Positions 35,301 through 52,611 of a stretch of 64,000 nt of DNA are shown here, piece after piece. The position numbers and the translations under genes are program-made. The stretch lies in contig CT868025.1 of NCBI GenBank assembly GCA_000165425.1, forward strand, positions 124,001-188,000, written 5' to 3'. The stretch is from Paramecium tetraurelia. Taxonomy: Eukaryota. The first letter of the stretch is position 1. Each line of letters starts with the position of its first letter. The notes under the pieces were generated by a model that was not told the origin of the DNA, did no database searches, and saw only the letters and a list, made by a program, of their open reading frames with translations.

Positions 35301-38300
35301 TTTATGACGATAATCCATAATAGAGATATCCTTTAGAAAGAATTCTAAAGCAATACAATGTTTGTGATTTTACAGGCAAATAAAATTAAATTATATAAAT
35401 ACCATAAAAAGCCAGGTAGGTTATTAATGTACCTCAAGATAACTAATAAGAAATTTAATAAGAATAAAGACAAAGATAACCAAAAATATGGGATGATGAA
35501 GAAATATAAATTTGGGAATAATAAGGGCAGTTGATGTTTTAAAAAAAACTTTATGACGAAGCTAAGAAATGTTTTAAGAGATGTAAAAATGAAAGAATGA
35601 CTGTATTATCGAAAGCGTTCCTAAATGCAACTAAAGGGGCTTAAAAATTAGCCAATTATAAATCATAAAAAATCTAATTTAAATTAAATGGAACCTTAGA
35701 ACTTAAAAAAAAAATGGATGAATTAGAATAAGAATTACAAAAAGATTTTCGAAAAGCAGCCAAATAATTTTTACAAATAGAAGATGTTTAATAAGCAGCT
35801 AATTGTTATTACTCAGGTATGATGTATGAAGATAGTGTTATTTAGTTTTTAAATTCACAATTATTACCATAAGCTGCAAAAAGTGCAGTCAAATTAAAAT
35901 AATTTTAGCTTGCAATTTTAATTTATTATCATCTCGGCTATTATTTAGATGCACTAAAATTACTTTCAGAAATTAACTAAATAAAGGGTTTCCAATATGG
36001 ATTTTTCAAATATGATTTCCTTAAGGAATGCTTAAACGAAAATATTTTATAAAAAGCTGAAGTTAAATACCTTCTCTTAAATTAATTTTAGGATTTAAAT
36101 AACAATGTTTTCTATTTATTAGTTTAGAAATATAAAAACAAAGATAATACTTAGTTTGATGTGGATAAATTTACAGAAACATAGATATCATAAAACATTT
36201 TGGATAAGGTTCCTATAAAAGACATTTTTGAGAATGAAATAAATAAGATACTTAATTCATAAATTTACATAGATGATGATTTAGAAGAAATGATTTATGA
36301 ATAATTTAAAATGTTTTGGGAAATTTATTATGAGATAATTGATTCATAAATGATAATAAATCCACACTCAAAATAATAAATTTCAGCAATCTTTTAATCA
36401 AATTAATAAATATATTAAGATAGATAATTGAAATCATTTTTGATTGAAGTCTTCGAATAATTGAATTAACATAATGTATTAATTACTTTATATCCAGAAA
36501 ATAGATTACTTTATAAATTTTTTCATCAACAACAACAAATTTAGGAATTTAAAATTGATGATAAAGAAGAGTACAATATCTGCTAATCATTATTATGCAA
36601 TTAGTTGTCAATTATATAGCTGTTATTTTTAGATGATATTGAAACTTTAAGGAAAACTATGAAACACTAAAATCAATAATAAAAACAATTATATCAAGAA
36701 CTTAATGATTTAATGTTAAAATGGCATTAAATTTTAGATATTAAAGAGGAAGAATTATTCCTGATTAGGAGTTACTATATTATAAACTATTATTCGGAAA
36801 TGTACTATAAAAATAATAAAAATGAAAATTAATCATTCAAAAAATACATGAGTAAATATTTTGAAATTCAATTTCTAAATCAATTTAATTTATTTTTTTA
36901 TTTTTAAGATAAAATTCATAATAATAAAGAGTTGCATGAGGAAGATGTATAAGATTTATTTAATTTAAAAAATTAGAAGGAATAATTTATGATTATTTTG
37001 CATTTTTTTTACAAATAATAGAGACAATTTTAGGATAAATTTCTCAAAAATTTTAATTTTTAATAGCTTATATTTTTAGGAAAATTTTTAATAAAGGTAG
37101 TTAGTCTATTTAAAAGTGATTATGAAGATAATTAATATAATTAAGATGTATATTCATCTATTTGTTCAATTTTTGGGCTATACAATTCTAAAACCAAGTT
37201 CCTTAATGTATTTGGATCAAGTATAACATTTTAATTTAAGTGTGATGAATCTCAGGGATTATCTTTTTTGGAAAACTTTGAAATTGAATAAAAAATTTAA
37301 AACACAATCAAAGACAATATTGATAAAACACCGATCTTAAAGATGTTATTCAATAACATGATCTAAAATAAAGGTTATAAATAATAATTACATATAAATT
37401 AACACACTCTAATAAAAGATTTAGTTTTACATTGTTAACTATGCATGCTATTTAATGAAAAATAACGTTATCCCAAAGAAGTCCATCGTTTTTAATTTAA
37501 TTCAAGCTATACAAATCTTTGATTCATTAAAAATATAAATTCCTTAAATGCATGATTGAGATTATTGATAAAAACTATAAATTCTTATTTAGTTTAATTA
37601 CTTTTTACACATTTTGCAAAAATTAAATTTCCATAAACTCATTAGAGCATTGGGTTAACTTTCATAAGAAGAGAGATTAAATTAAATTGTATCATCCAGA
37701 AATTTTAAAACATGAGATTAGTTAAGTAGTCTTGATTTTGATTCTTATACTTACAGCATTGATATAATGTACTTTAATCAAGATTATTTTGACGAAGTAA
37801 ATCTAAAATATTTGGCAATAAATTATAAACATTATAAAAAAGAAGAAGAATAATAAGAATAATAATTATTATAAGAAAAAAAATATTTTTAATGCAAATA
37901 GGATGTGAATCAAAATTAAAGTTAATAATTAACAAGTTCTGAGATTTAAAATGTATAATTAAATTAAAATGGAGAAAGAAACGAACTATATATAGAAAAA
38001 TGTATTTAAGAAGCAGCAAAGTAATAATAAAATGAGCCATAATAAGTAAAATAAATTGAGAAGTAATAAGAATACAAAAATGAGCAGTAATAAGAATAAT
38101 AAAATTAGCAATAATAAGAAGAGAATAATGAATTTAATAAAGATATAAATTTTATAATTTTTGATGAGTAAAAATTACTGCTTGAACACTTAATATATAT
38201 TTACAATTGTGATGATAATTAGATTAATGTTGACTTTAACTTTGATTCCAATAATCTTGATACTTTATTATTATAAATTTATCAAATCTTATCGAATTAC

Positions 38301-39621
38301 TTTGAAAAAGCTTAAAATAAAGAACTTCAAACATTTATATATTAGCATCTAATTCTATTAAGTCAAAATTTATTACTATTAGAATCAAAATAATATCAAT
38401 ATCAAAAAATTATAGAAGAAATAATTAAAATTGGAATTAATTAATGTGAATCTGAGATATCTTCTGAGAGCAGCAGTGAAGATAGTGTTTAAGGTTAAAA
38501 TCCTGAATAATAGTAAAAATAATAAAGCTAAACAGAAAAGAATGAACAAAAAGATGAATAAAAAGATATTTACATAGTTGCTGAATCAAAAGAATAATAA
38601 AAAGAAGAAGAATAATCAACAAAATAATAACAATAAGATGAATAATCAACAAAATAATAACAATAAGAAGAATAATCAACAAAATAAAAACAATAAGATG
38701 AATAATCGACAGAATAATAAAAAGAAGAATAATCTAATTAAATTCCCTAAAGTGATCTGACAATTCAATCGACTAGCGAGCAAAATACTTAACCATAAAT
38801 ATTGGAAAAAGAAGAGAATCAGAAAAGTGAAAAAATTGCATAAAATGATGAAGGTCCAAAAGAAATCAAAGTCAAAAAGTAGTTTAATAATTACAAAATA
38901 TCAGATTACAATTAGAAAAAAAATTTATATACAACTACCAATATGATTCTCTGGAAANNNNNNNNNNNNNNNNNNNNNNNNNNNNNNNNNNNNNNNNNNN
39001 NNNNNNNNNNNNNNNNNNNNNNNNNNNNNNNNNNNNNNNNNNNNNNNNNNNNNNNNNNNNNNNNNNNNNNNNNNNNNNNNNNNNNNNNNNNNNNNNNNNN
39101 NNNNNNNTGCTGCCCATGGTCGAAGGATTGGTGGGTGCAAATCCAAATAATTTTAATTAAAGAAATTATTATTGTTCCTAATAAGATAGAATTAATCAAT
39201 TAAAACATAATTTTACAATAGATGATTAAAGTCCTATGACGTATGTAAATTTTAGAAGCAAAATTAGTTCCTTTCCGATTGGAAACAAAATAATTAATGA
39301 GAATTTGATAAATATTGACAAATTAAAGAAGTAATATTTATGTATTATTTAGAATTTTGTAAAAATGTATTACTAATTCTAAATGTTAAGAGGTTCCAAG
39401 TGCATCTTATTCAATATTCAAAGAATTTGTATTTTTGTTGTAAAAAGTAAGCGATTTAGAATATGAACCGGAAAATAAGTAATCCATATATATAAATTAG
39501 ATAAATGTATGTTAATTAACAGCTTAAAGAAATTGAAAATAAATTAAAAGGATATAAAACTCATAAATAGAAAAATGATTAGATGACAAATCAGTTATCA
39601 AAGTTATTGAGCGGATTATGA
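32351..39621 (+). CDS. Very large SF1 UvrD-like helicase with TPR-like repeats (TRANK1/LBA1-like)
   Basis: VIGRSGTGKTT, YIDEVQDL, CGDSAQSI..GVGFRFSDL, LTKNFRSHNNILQLAN, TKGLEFDDVILYN, ELKMLYVCVTRAK. TPR-like helices follow at ~35490-36000. The model 3' of 37450 depends on uncertain introns and spans a gap. Confidence 0.85.
38611..38730 (+). repeat. Coding 30-bp tandem repeat, about 4 copies (EQSTKQQQQD/E)
   Basis: Unit aataatcaacaaaataataacaataaga(t/a)g at 38611, 38641 and 38671; diverged copy at 38701. Confidence 0.9.
38958..39107. other. Assembly gap (150 N)
   Basis: Run of exactly 150 N. Confidence 0.99.
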
Positions 39622-39812
39622 ACAATTATTTATAATCTTGATACATTTAATATAATTATTATAATTTATTCTAATTGGATCATGCTCATCGTGAAAATGT
39701 CCAAACAGATCAATATGATAATTTCTTTAAAAAATGTTTGGTACAAATGGAAAGTAGTTTTTTTTAATGATTTTTTTAAATATAGAATGAAAATAAAAAA
39801 TATTCCATATAA

Positions 39813-41118
39813 TCAACCCATTAACTCTTCAACATCATCTACTAAGTCTTACATGTCTATTACAATCTTATTAATTATTGATTCTAATTTCATTAAATCA
39901 TTAGAAAGTTTATTATCTTCAAGTTTACATATTAATGTTAAATATTACTTATACATATTTTCAAATTGTTTTCTCATTTAAATCAGTTTATTTTGAAATG
40001 AAAATCTCATTTATTTTAATTTCTATTGAGTTATAGATTATGAAGTATCTGAAAGTTACTTTGATTGCATTTAAGTGATTTCACTGATGGCCATATCTCT
40101 TTTCCCTTTCAAGACTTAATCAAATCATTTTACTGCTATTATTATTGCTTTTCAATTAAAATTTAGTTATTAAGTGCCTTAATTTCTTCTTCTTTTTTTA
40201 ATATAATTTTCTTGAGATCTTAGATTTCTTCGTTGCATTTAGTATTTTCTAGTTGTATTTATAATTCTATTGTTTTCTGCTAATCCAATGATTATAATTA
40301 GTTAATTAATTTATTGTTTCTTTAATAAGTAAATTGATTTATTATTATTTAGATTCAATCTCTTATCTACTTTTTGATTATTAATCGGCTAATTATTGTA
40401 ATAGAGTTAAAATTAATAGAAATGCCATGCCATATTATAATTTCTATTAATTTATCTATTTTCTAAGCTCTGCTTATCAATTTCTTAGGCTTATAAATTT
40501 ATTTTATGAAGTTATTTCTTATTTAATTAAATATATTCTTGAATTTCTTTTTGTAATGCATCTATTCTTTATTTATATTGTTCATCATTACTTTTATCAA
40601 GATCAATAAATGCAGCATTAATTTCTGACAATTCCTTATCATCTATCTAATTGTTATTCCAATTTATTTATGCCTAAACAGTTTATAATTCTTTTTTGAT
40701 TAATCTAATTCGCATTCAATAATCTCCTTCTTTCTTAATTCATTGTTAGCATCAGCCTACATTTCTATCATTGCTTGTTCTAATTCTTTACAATGATTCT
40801 CTTTTTCTTACAATTCTTAGGCCATTCTCTTCTCTCTTTTTCAAGCATTTCAAATTTACTAAACATGGGCAAGAATGATTAACAAACATCGTCATATCCT
40901 CTTTAAAGTCTATTTATATAATCTTCCATTTAATGAAGAATATTTGAATAATCCTCAATAGAGTATTACCATAAATTTTCTCTTGGAATATTATAATTCT
41001 TATAAGCCAATTAGTCAAAAGTAGGAAAGGATTCATTTTATTGTTATTTATGTTATTATTCTTTGGTCATGACCTTTTGTGCTGTTAATTTTGCATTTTC
41101 AATTAAATTTTTTATCAT
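39813..41118 (-). CDS. Hypothetical coiled-coil protein
   Basis: E/Q/K/L-rich heptads (AQELQEKENHCKELEQAMIEMQ) ending DDVEELMG-TGA. Start is 41118 or 41070; intron positions uncertain. Confidence 0.6.
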
Positions 41119-41125
41119 AATTTTT

Positions 41126-42158
41126 ATGAATCGATTTTAGAAATGGGAATTTTGTTTAGGGTACTGAATAACAAGTGATAATTTATTTTAGCATATATCA
41201 GAATAGTGCAGATATCAATTAATAGAGATAAAAGAAATTTGATGAATATTCTAAATTGAAGATGAATGCAAAAACGACAGATGATGATAAAAATGAAATT
41301 ATGAAAGATATTAATAGAACCTATTAGGAGATGGGATTGTTTCACTTAGAATCAAACAAAAACATTATGTGTAATGTGTTATTGTTGTGGTGCAGCCATA
41401 GTTTGTCATATCGACAGGGTATGTAAGCATTTAAATGATAGGTATGAATGAGATAGTGGGAGTGATATTTTTTACATACGTCCAATCTTTTTCGGACTGC
41501 CAAGAGTAGAATCCAACTAAAATCGAGAATGATATCTATTGGGTATTTAAGACGATTATGGATGATGGAGATCATAAACAAAATTTTAATTACTCTTCCC
41601 ACATGCCTATAGATAGAATACCTCTGATTAGATACATAAAGGATTTGACAATGGAAAAACTCAAATACATTGATGAGCAATTATTTTAGATCTTTGAGTA
41701 GAATCAAATTAGCACAGAGATATTTTTAATGAAATGGATCAAAGTATGTTATTTATCCTATAAATGTGTTTACTAGCCAGAGAATATGAGATTGAATAGA
41801 TATAAGTAATTTGGGACAAGATGTTTGAGAAGTTCCAGACATCGAAATTGAAATTTTTGGATGCCATGATTTTAACAATGATGATATAATTGAAACCGTA
41901 ATGTAAAAAATCAATATTAAATTAAAGTACTCAAGATTGAATTCATTAATAATTTTGAGGTTTTGTTGTTGTTCCAAAATTACCCAGCAAAGGAGAATTA
42001 CTAATAGATGATAGGATAGGCTGAAAAGATAGAAAGTAATATAATAGATATAATGTAATGTAGAATAATTAAGAGCGTTGGACGGGATATCATGGTTAGA
42101 GATTATCAAGAGATTCAATTTGGGTTACTCTTTATCTTTGTATTTTCAGAAGAATTGA
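41126..42158 (+). CDS. TBC-domain Rab GTPase-activating protein
   Basis: Arginine finger IMKDINRT, glutamine finger SYRQGMNEI, and FLMKWIK; short introns; TGA at 42156-42158. Confidence 0.85.
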
Positions 42159-42246
42159 TCTATCTATTCATTAGAATTAATGGATATAAAATTCTCTTTA
42201 TTTTTATTTCTAATTTAAATCCTTACAAAAATATAAATTAATTTGA

Positions 42247-43590
42247 ATGGAAAAAGTATTGAGTTATGATTAGATCGTTTCACACTTTGTAGATTTTTGT
42301 CATAAAAATCAAGACCAGGAAATCAGTCAGATAGAAGCAACTAAAATGTTAAACTAGATGAGTGTGTAAAATGGACATCAGGAATTCAATTATGAAATTG
42401 CTGTCGAATTGTTTGAAAGAGTTGCTTCCTACAACACTTCTTTAACAATTTAAACCTTGGCTCATGTGATCTATGAAGCCAATGACATCATCATTAATAA
42501 ATACAACCAGGCAATGAATAGGGAAATGTATATGGAAGAATAAAAAGCATATCTCAAATAAATCAAGCCTTATAGCAATACAACCAATCTACATATTAGC
42601 TATGTGAGAATACAAGAAGCCTATGTACAAAGACCCTTCATCGTTGTTATAATAGGAGAATTTATACATGAAAGTGAAATACAAACAAAAAAGGAGGGAT
42701 GGTTTGAATGGACTCTGGATGTTCAAATTCCTGTGAAATCCCTTGTTGCAGATTTAAAAGTTGAATTATTAGAAGATCATAACATTATAGCAAGTTTACA
42801 ATTGCCTTGTGAAGCCTTGCCTATGAATGAGATGAAGGAGGCTGAATTGCAAATGTAAAATGCTAATTGCCACACATTAATTTAATTGCAATGTATGCTG
42901 AGTGTTGGTAACAATTATAAGGAATTGATTGATGAAAAAATGCAGTTTCTTGAAAATCAAACATAATTTTGCTAAGAGGAATTGTTCCTCCTCCAATCTT
43001 AATTACACGAATTAAGTAGACCCTTCTTCAGAGATGCTAATATCCAACCCAAATACACCAACTATTCTAATAAGTCACAATTGAACACTGAGATATTTCA
43101 GAACATACCAAATAAGAACACCCTTTAGCCACCATCCTTGTAAGCGACTGCATTCAGAAACACTTCATCGGCCATGGGATTCAAAAAGATCGTAATCGAA
43201 CCAGAAAGATAATTGTACTCCTACCCCATTATGGCTCGTATAGATCTATTGGCAACATTTATAGCAGTATTATCTAATTATGAGTTATAGGTTATTTCTA
43301 TGATGATTAATTTCATCACTCCTGATATCAGTGTGATTTACATCATGATTATAGTATTCTCAATAATGTTGAAACACAAACATACCTTAATTTATATTTT
43401 GATTGTAGTGAGTTTTGGAATCATAATTGAAATTTTTACTTTAAGCCATTTAGATCTGAGCGTATTTTCAATACTCCTAATAGTATTAAACATATTATTA
43501 AATATTGGATTGCTTGTCCTTACAGGTTTGCTCGTTATTGATGTTGAAAATGTGACTCTACTTAAATCCAAGCTTTTACTACCCTTATGA
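42247..43590 (+). CDS. Hypothetical protein with a C2-like domain, coiled coil and C-terminal TM helices (447 aa if unspliced)
   Basis: One TGA-free frame from 42247 to 43590. C2-like beta pattern (PFIVVIIG...FEWTLDVQIPV...LKVELLEDHNIIASLQLP) and 3-4 hydrophobic helices at the end. Confidence 0.65.
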
Positions 43591-44134
43591 TTAATTAAAT
43601 TTTTGTTTACACTAAAATTTTTAAATGATATTGCATATGAGCAAATAAAGCTAAAAATAAATATGATCTATAATTTAAAAAATATATAAATATCCCATGT
43701 TATTTTTAAGTGCTCTTAGTTTAAGTTAACACTACCAGCACTTGTTATTTATCTATCAAGTCTAATGAAGAAGAATTTGTTTAAAACAATTTAAAGAATT
43801 AAAAAAAATAGATTTCATAAAAGATTTTTCACTATAAGAAATAAAATTCATTATTGATATCTAAAGACATCCAAAATCAAAGTTTAACTCTATGTTATAA
43901 ATTAAAAATATTAATTATTTATCTTAAATGATTGCTTATTTCTAAATCAACATTATAGAGATTATGGTGAATGTTTTGAGTAGAATTTTATCATTAAAAA
44001 TTTATATAATATAATAACTTTTGTTGATTTATGAGAGAGATAGTGAAAAGGAAAATGTTATTAATTAATTCTGAAAAATAGATATCGATTTTCGACTCGA
44101 AATTAAGTTTATTAAATATTAATCATATATTTGA

Positions 44135-45098
44135 ATGGATAATTTAAACGACGAAGAAATTTTTAATGATCGTGAGCGTATTGAGCCATTTGTCAAGGCA
44201 ATCACCAGGAATAAGCATTTATTTAAAGATAAAATTGTGTTGGATCTAAATGCAGGGATGGGATTGCTAAGTGTTTTGGCTTCATAATCTGGAGCAAAAT
44301 AAGTTTTTGCCATGAAAGCCAATTGTTATGCTGCTGAGATTATGAAATAGAATAACATTAAAAATGTTACATTAAAGAAAGAAAGCATTAAAGATGTGGA
44401 ATTAAATTGCAAAGTAGATATCATAATTTCTGCTTGGATGGGTAACATGCTATTTTATGGGGGATGTATATAAGAGGTGATATAAGCAAGGGATAAATAT
44501 TTAAATAAGGATGGATTCATTATGCCTGACAAAGGACAATTGTATCTATAATCAATTGAAGATAGCCAATATCGCAATTAGAAAATGAATTTTTGGTATT
44601 TTCAATTATAAATTTTATTTAGGAATTCAGTCTATGGAGTCAATATGAAATGGATGAAACAGTGGGTTGCAAGAGAGCCACTTATTGAGAGCATAAAGGA
44701 TGATTAATTAAATAGTGATGAATAGTTAATTTATGAGGTCGATTTGCAGACTTGTAAATTGGAAGACCTCAGTTTTAGCAATTCATACTAAGTAAAGATC
44801 AAGAGATAGGACTACGCAACTGGAGTCATTGTGTGGATGAAATACTCATTCACTTACACCCATTTGCCAATCCATGTTGTTATGGGTCCTACAAAGTCAC
44901 CTTTTTGGAAACCTGTCATATTGTACTTTAGAGAAGAATTGCCTGTTAATAAAGGCGACAAATTGCAAGGTTTTCAGAATTGTTTATTATGAATTAGGTT
45001 CATTAGCTGTGAAATTTGAATCAGACGAACTCTTGCAAATTAAGTTATCTGTACATATGTAACAATATAATTATGTATCATATTTTAAGTTAAATTGA
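44135..45098 (+). CDS. PRMT1-like protein arginine methyltransferase homologue with degenerate catalytic motifs
   Basis: NKHLFKDKIVLDLNAGMGLLSV, KVDIIISAWMGNMLFYGG, ARDKYLNKDGFIMPD, KMNFWNSVYGVNM, LEDLSFS. Two short introns; TGA at 45096-45098. Confidence 0.9.
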
Positions 45099-45113
45099 GT
45101 AAGTAAATATCAA

Positions 45114-47220
45114 TCATTATACTTTCATTCTTTTCACTATTTTTGCACTTTATTTATTTTAATTCACCAATCTAAAGGCCAACGGAGATGATCTTAATGA
45201 ATTATACAAAACAGTCTCTGTAATATTACGATTAACAGTTCTTCCTCTTACATCACATTCGGTATCTCTTCTTTTTGAACAAGATGAGTATGATTTCATT
45301 CTTTAAGCAGTGTATCTTGATTATAGACACTTTATTTCTTGAGTGTTCTATTGTGAATCACTTTGAGGTTGTTTTTGAATTTCTGCTGATCTGGTAAAGT
45401 AGGATAGCTATCTATTTAATTAATTGATGAGGAAAACTTTAATCTAGTCATTCTAATCTGCAGTAAAATAGGTTCTCAAACTGTTGATTGTGTCTAGAAC
45501 ACATTACTTCAATTGTTTAGTCAATAGTTTTGTCTACATATAGTCTTAAGCACTAGCTTTCGAATCAAGAATGGGTATTACTAAAGATGAATCACATTTT
45601 TAATCAAGTTTTGATTCTAATTCTTAAATAAACTTTAACTTTTAATCTATATCTGTAAGCTTATCCTCCTTTATCTAAGGCTTATTATTAATTACTATTA
45701 TCTATTAATTTAATTGATCAAATTAAGTTCTGAATTTTTTCGATTCCTCTTATAATTAAATTATCATCTAATTGAAATATTCCATTCTAATGTTAGTTGT
45801 GTCTGAAACCTGTATATTATTCTCTTGATATTTATTTACTTTTGGCAATTTTTATCTAATATCATCTATTTAGTTTTGCAATTCCTATATTCTAATATCT
45901 GATCTTTGATAAATTTTCTGGATCACATCAGAATTAATAAACGATCCCTCTCTTTAAAAATTCATCGACTTTCTATACATTCTTTGAGGAGATGGCTGGG
46001 TACTTTTCATTTCTTCTTAAGAAATTTCAACTCGTTTTGGACTTTCCCCATAGGTTACACTTTCGCCATCCTTTTGAATAAGTTAATGTTATAAATTTTC
46101 TATTTCTAATGTTTTTTGTTTGTTGAATTATTGAAATGAGACTTTTTATTCAAATATGGCCGCAGTTATAGATTCAAGTTTTTCATTTAGATATTCAGAA
46201 TCTCTTTGTAAACTTGAGGTTTTTTACATTGCAATTTACAACTCTTCCTTCATGACAACCTTCTGGAATTTAGAATTAACAACGTTTAATTATGATTTTA
46301 AGTCATTTACTTTTTAATTCTCATCTTTGAGTTGTTCCTACATTAATTTATATTCTTCTGTTATTTCTTTTTACATCATTAATATTTTCTCCGATAAGAT
46401 CTTACATATTTAGTTTACTCTATCTTCATATACTCTTTGATCATTTTTTGTAGCATACACTTTTAACTTAGTATTAGCTAGATCCTCAACCTTTTTATCA
46501 ACTAATTCACTTAAGACTTACATCTATTTATCTTTGATGATTTAAATGTTATCCTAAGCAATCCCTAATTATTATTTAGAACACATTTCTCCTTACAATC
46601 GATCTACTCTTTAATGAATTTAATTCTTGATATTATCTAATTCAATACTAGTTACAAAATCTCTCCTCATTAGATCTTAAGCTTTTGTCATTTCTGAATG
46701 ATCAATTTTTGAAGCCAACAACTATTCAAATTAATCCAGCCTATTTTTATAGTTTTAAGTTAATCTATCATTTTACAAGAGAATACCAGTGTATTCTTTA
46801 TATTTTTAATTCATTTCTTTCAAATTGAGTCTCATTTAATTGTTCATCTCTTTACTTTACTTAGCTTCCTCTAAAATACTTTGAAAATATATAATTAAAT
46901 ATGTACTTATGCATTTGATTGATGCAAGGTTGAATCTATTTAATCTCCACAGAGTGTCTGGTTAGGATTTCGTCATAATGAGAACTAAATTTTGATTGTT
47001 ATTATTCAATTGAGCTCAATCTTTCTTAGACATTTAATTAAGAGTTTAGTATTTAGATCGTATCACCATTCAAATCGACTCTTGAATTATTTGTTATAAA
47101 AACTTCCAAAGCTGACAATTTTTATTACATCTTGGAAATTTGATTAATATGAGGTAGAAAAGTATTGCTCAGTTATTCTATAGATTCCTCTAGCTTGATA
47201 ATTCGTAATTGCTCATTCAT
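45114..47220 (-). CDS. Hypothetical coiled-coil protein with a low-complexity C-terminus
   Basis: ATG 47220 (MNEQLRIIKLEESIEQL) with long Q/E/K-rich helical frames to TGA at 45114-45116. Internal splicing not fully resolved. Confidence 0.55.
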
Positions 47221-47770
47221 TAATATAATAAATGTAAATCAAAAATCAAAGTTAATACAATCTTGAATATATATACAAATGTGATTGGCCAAAAAGAGAA
47301 TAGGATGTCTAGAGTATTCATATACGATTATGGTTAATTGCTGAGTTCCTCTTATTTTCCTGTTGTTTTGTTAAACTAAAAAAACTTGTATGTAATTAAT
47401 TTTGTTGAAGTTCTCACTTTACCTTTACCTCTGATTGAATGAAATTTGATAAATTAGAGCTTAATAAAAAGTATTATCATCAAATTCATGATTTCAATGC
47501 TTTTTATTTCATAATTCAATGTATAAAAATAATCAAATTAAATAAAATAATAACTTGTTTACATAAAACTTATCAACGTAGCATTAATTAAGTGTAAAAT
47601 TTTTATGATAAATAATCAATAATTATTAATAGTGTGTTAATTTTATCGAGGCAGTATAATTAAAGCAAAACTTTAGTAAAAAATATTAATTATTCAAAGT
47701 AAGAAAAACTTGACAGAAAGGGAAGTCAAAATTATCAAATTATCCAAAGATAATAATTTATAATATATCA

Positions 47771-52477
<4,707 letters not shown>

Positions 52478-52611
52478 TTGATGTTAAATTGGGATTTAAT
52501 TGATATATATATATATATACGAACAGTGTTGATTTTAAAATACAAAGTAGATAATTTACATTCCAGAATCAAAGTGAAATTTTAATTGATTTGAATTATT
52601 ATACAAAATAA

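Noticed and set aside
37480..37800. Possible retained IES or TGA readthrough in the helicase gene
   Set aside because: Two plausible short introns (37481-37506 and 37769-37797) restore the frame, and no clear TA-bounded IES consensus ends are visible.
38581..38730. 30-bp repeats as a possible CRISPR array
   Set aside because: The units are contiguous with no spacers and lie in frame within a eukaryotic gene.
31853..39107. Two N runs of identical length and the ORFs spanning them
   Set aside because: Both are 150-N scaffolding placeholders, so the X-containing ORFs are artefacts.
43600..44134. Possible N-terminal extension of the PRMT-like gene
   Set aside because: I found no YFxxY-like segment or convincing spliced link to the PRMT frame; ATG 44135 was kept as the start, pending cDNA.
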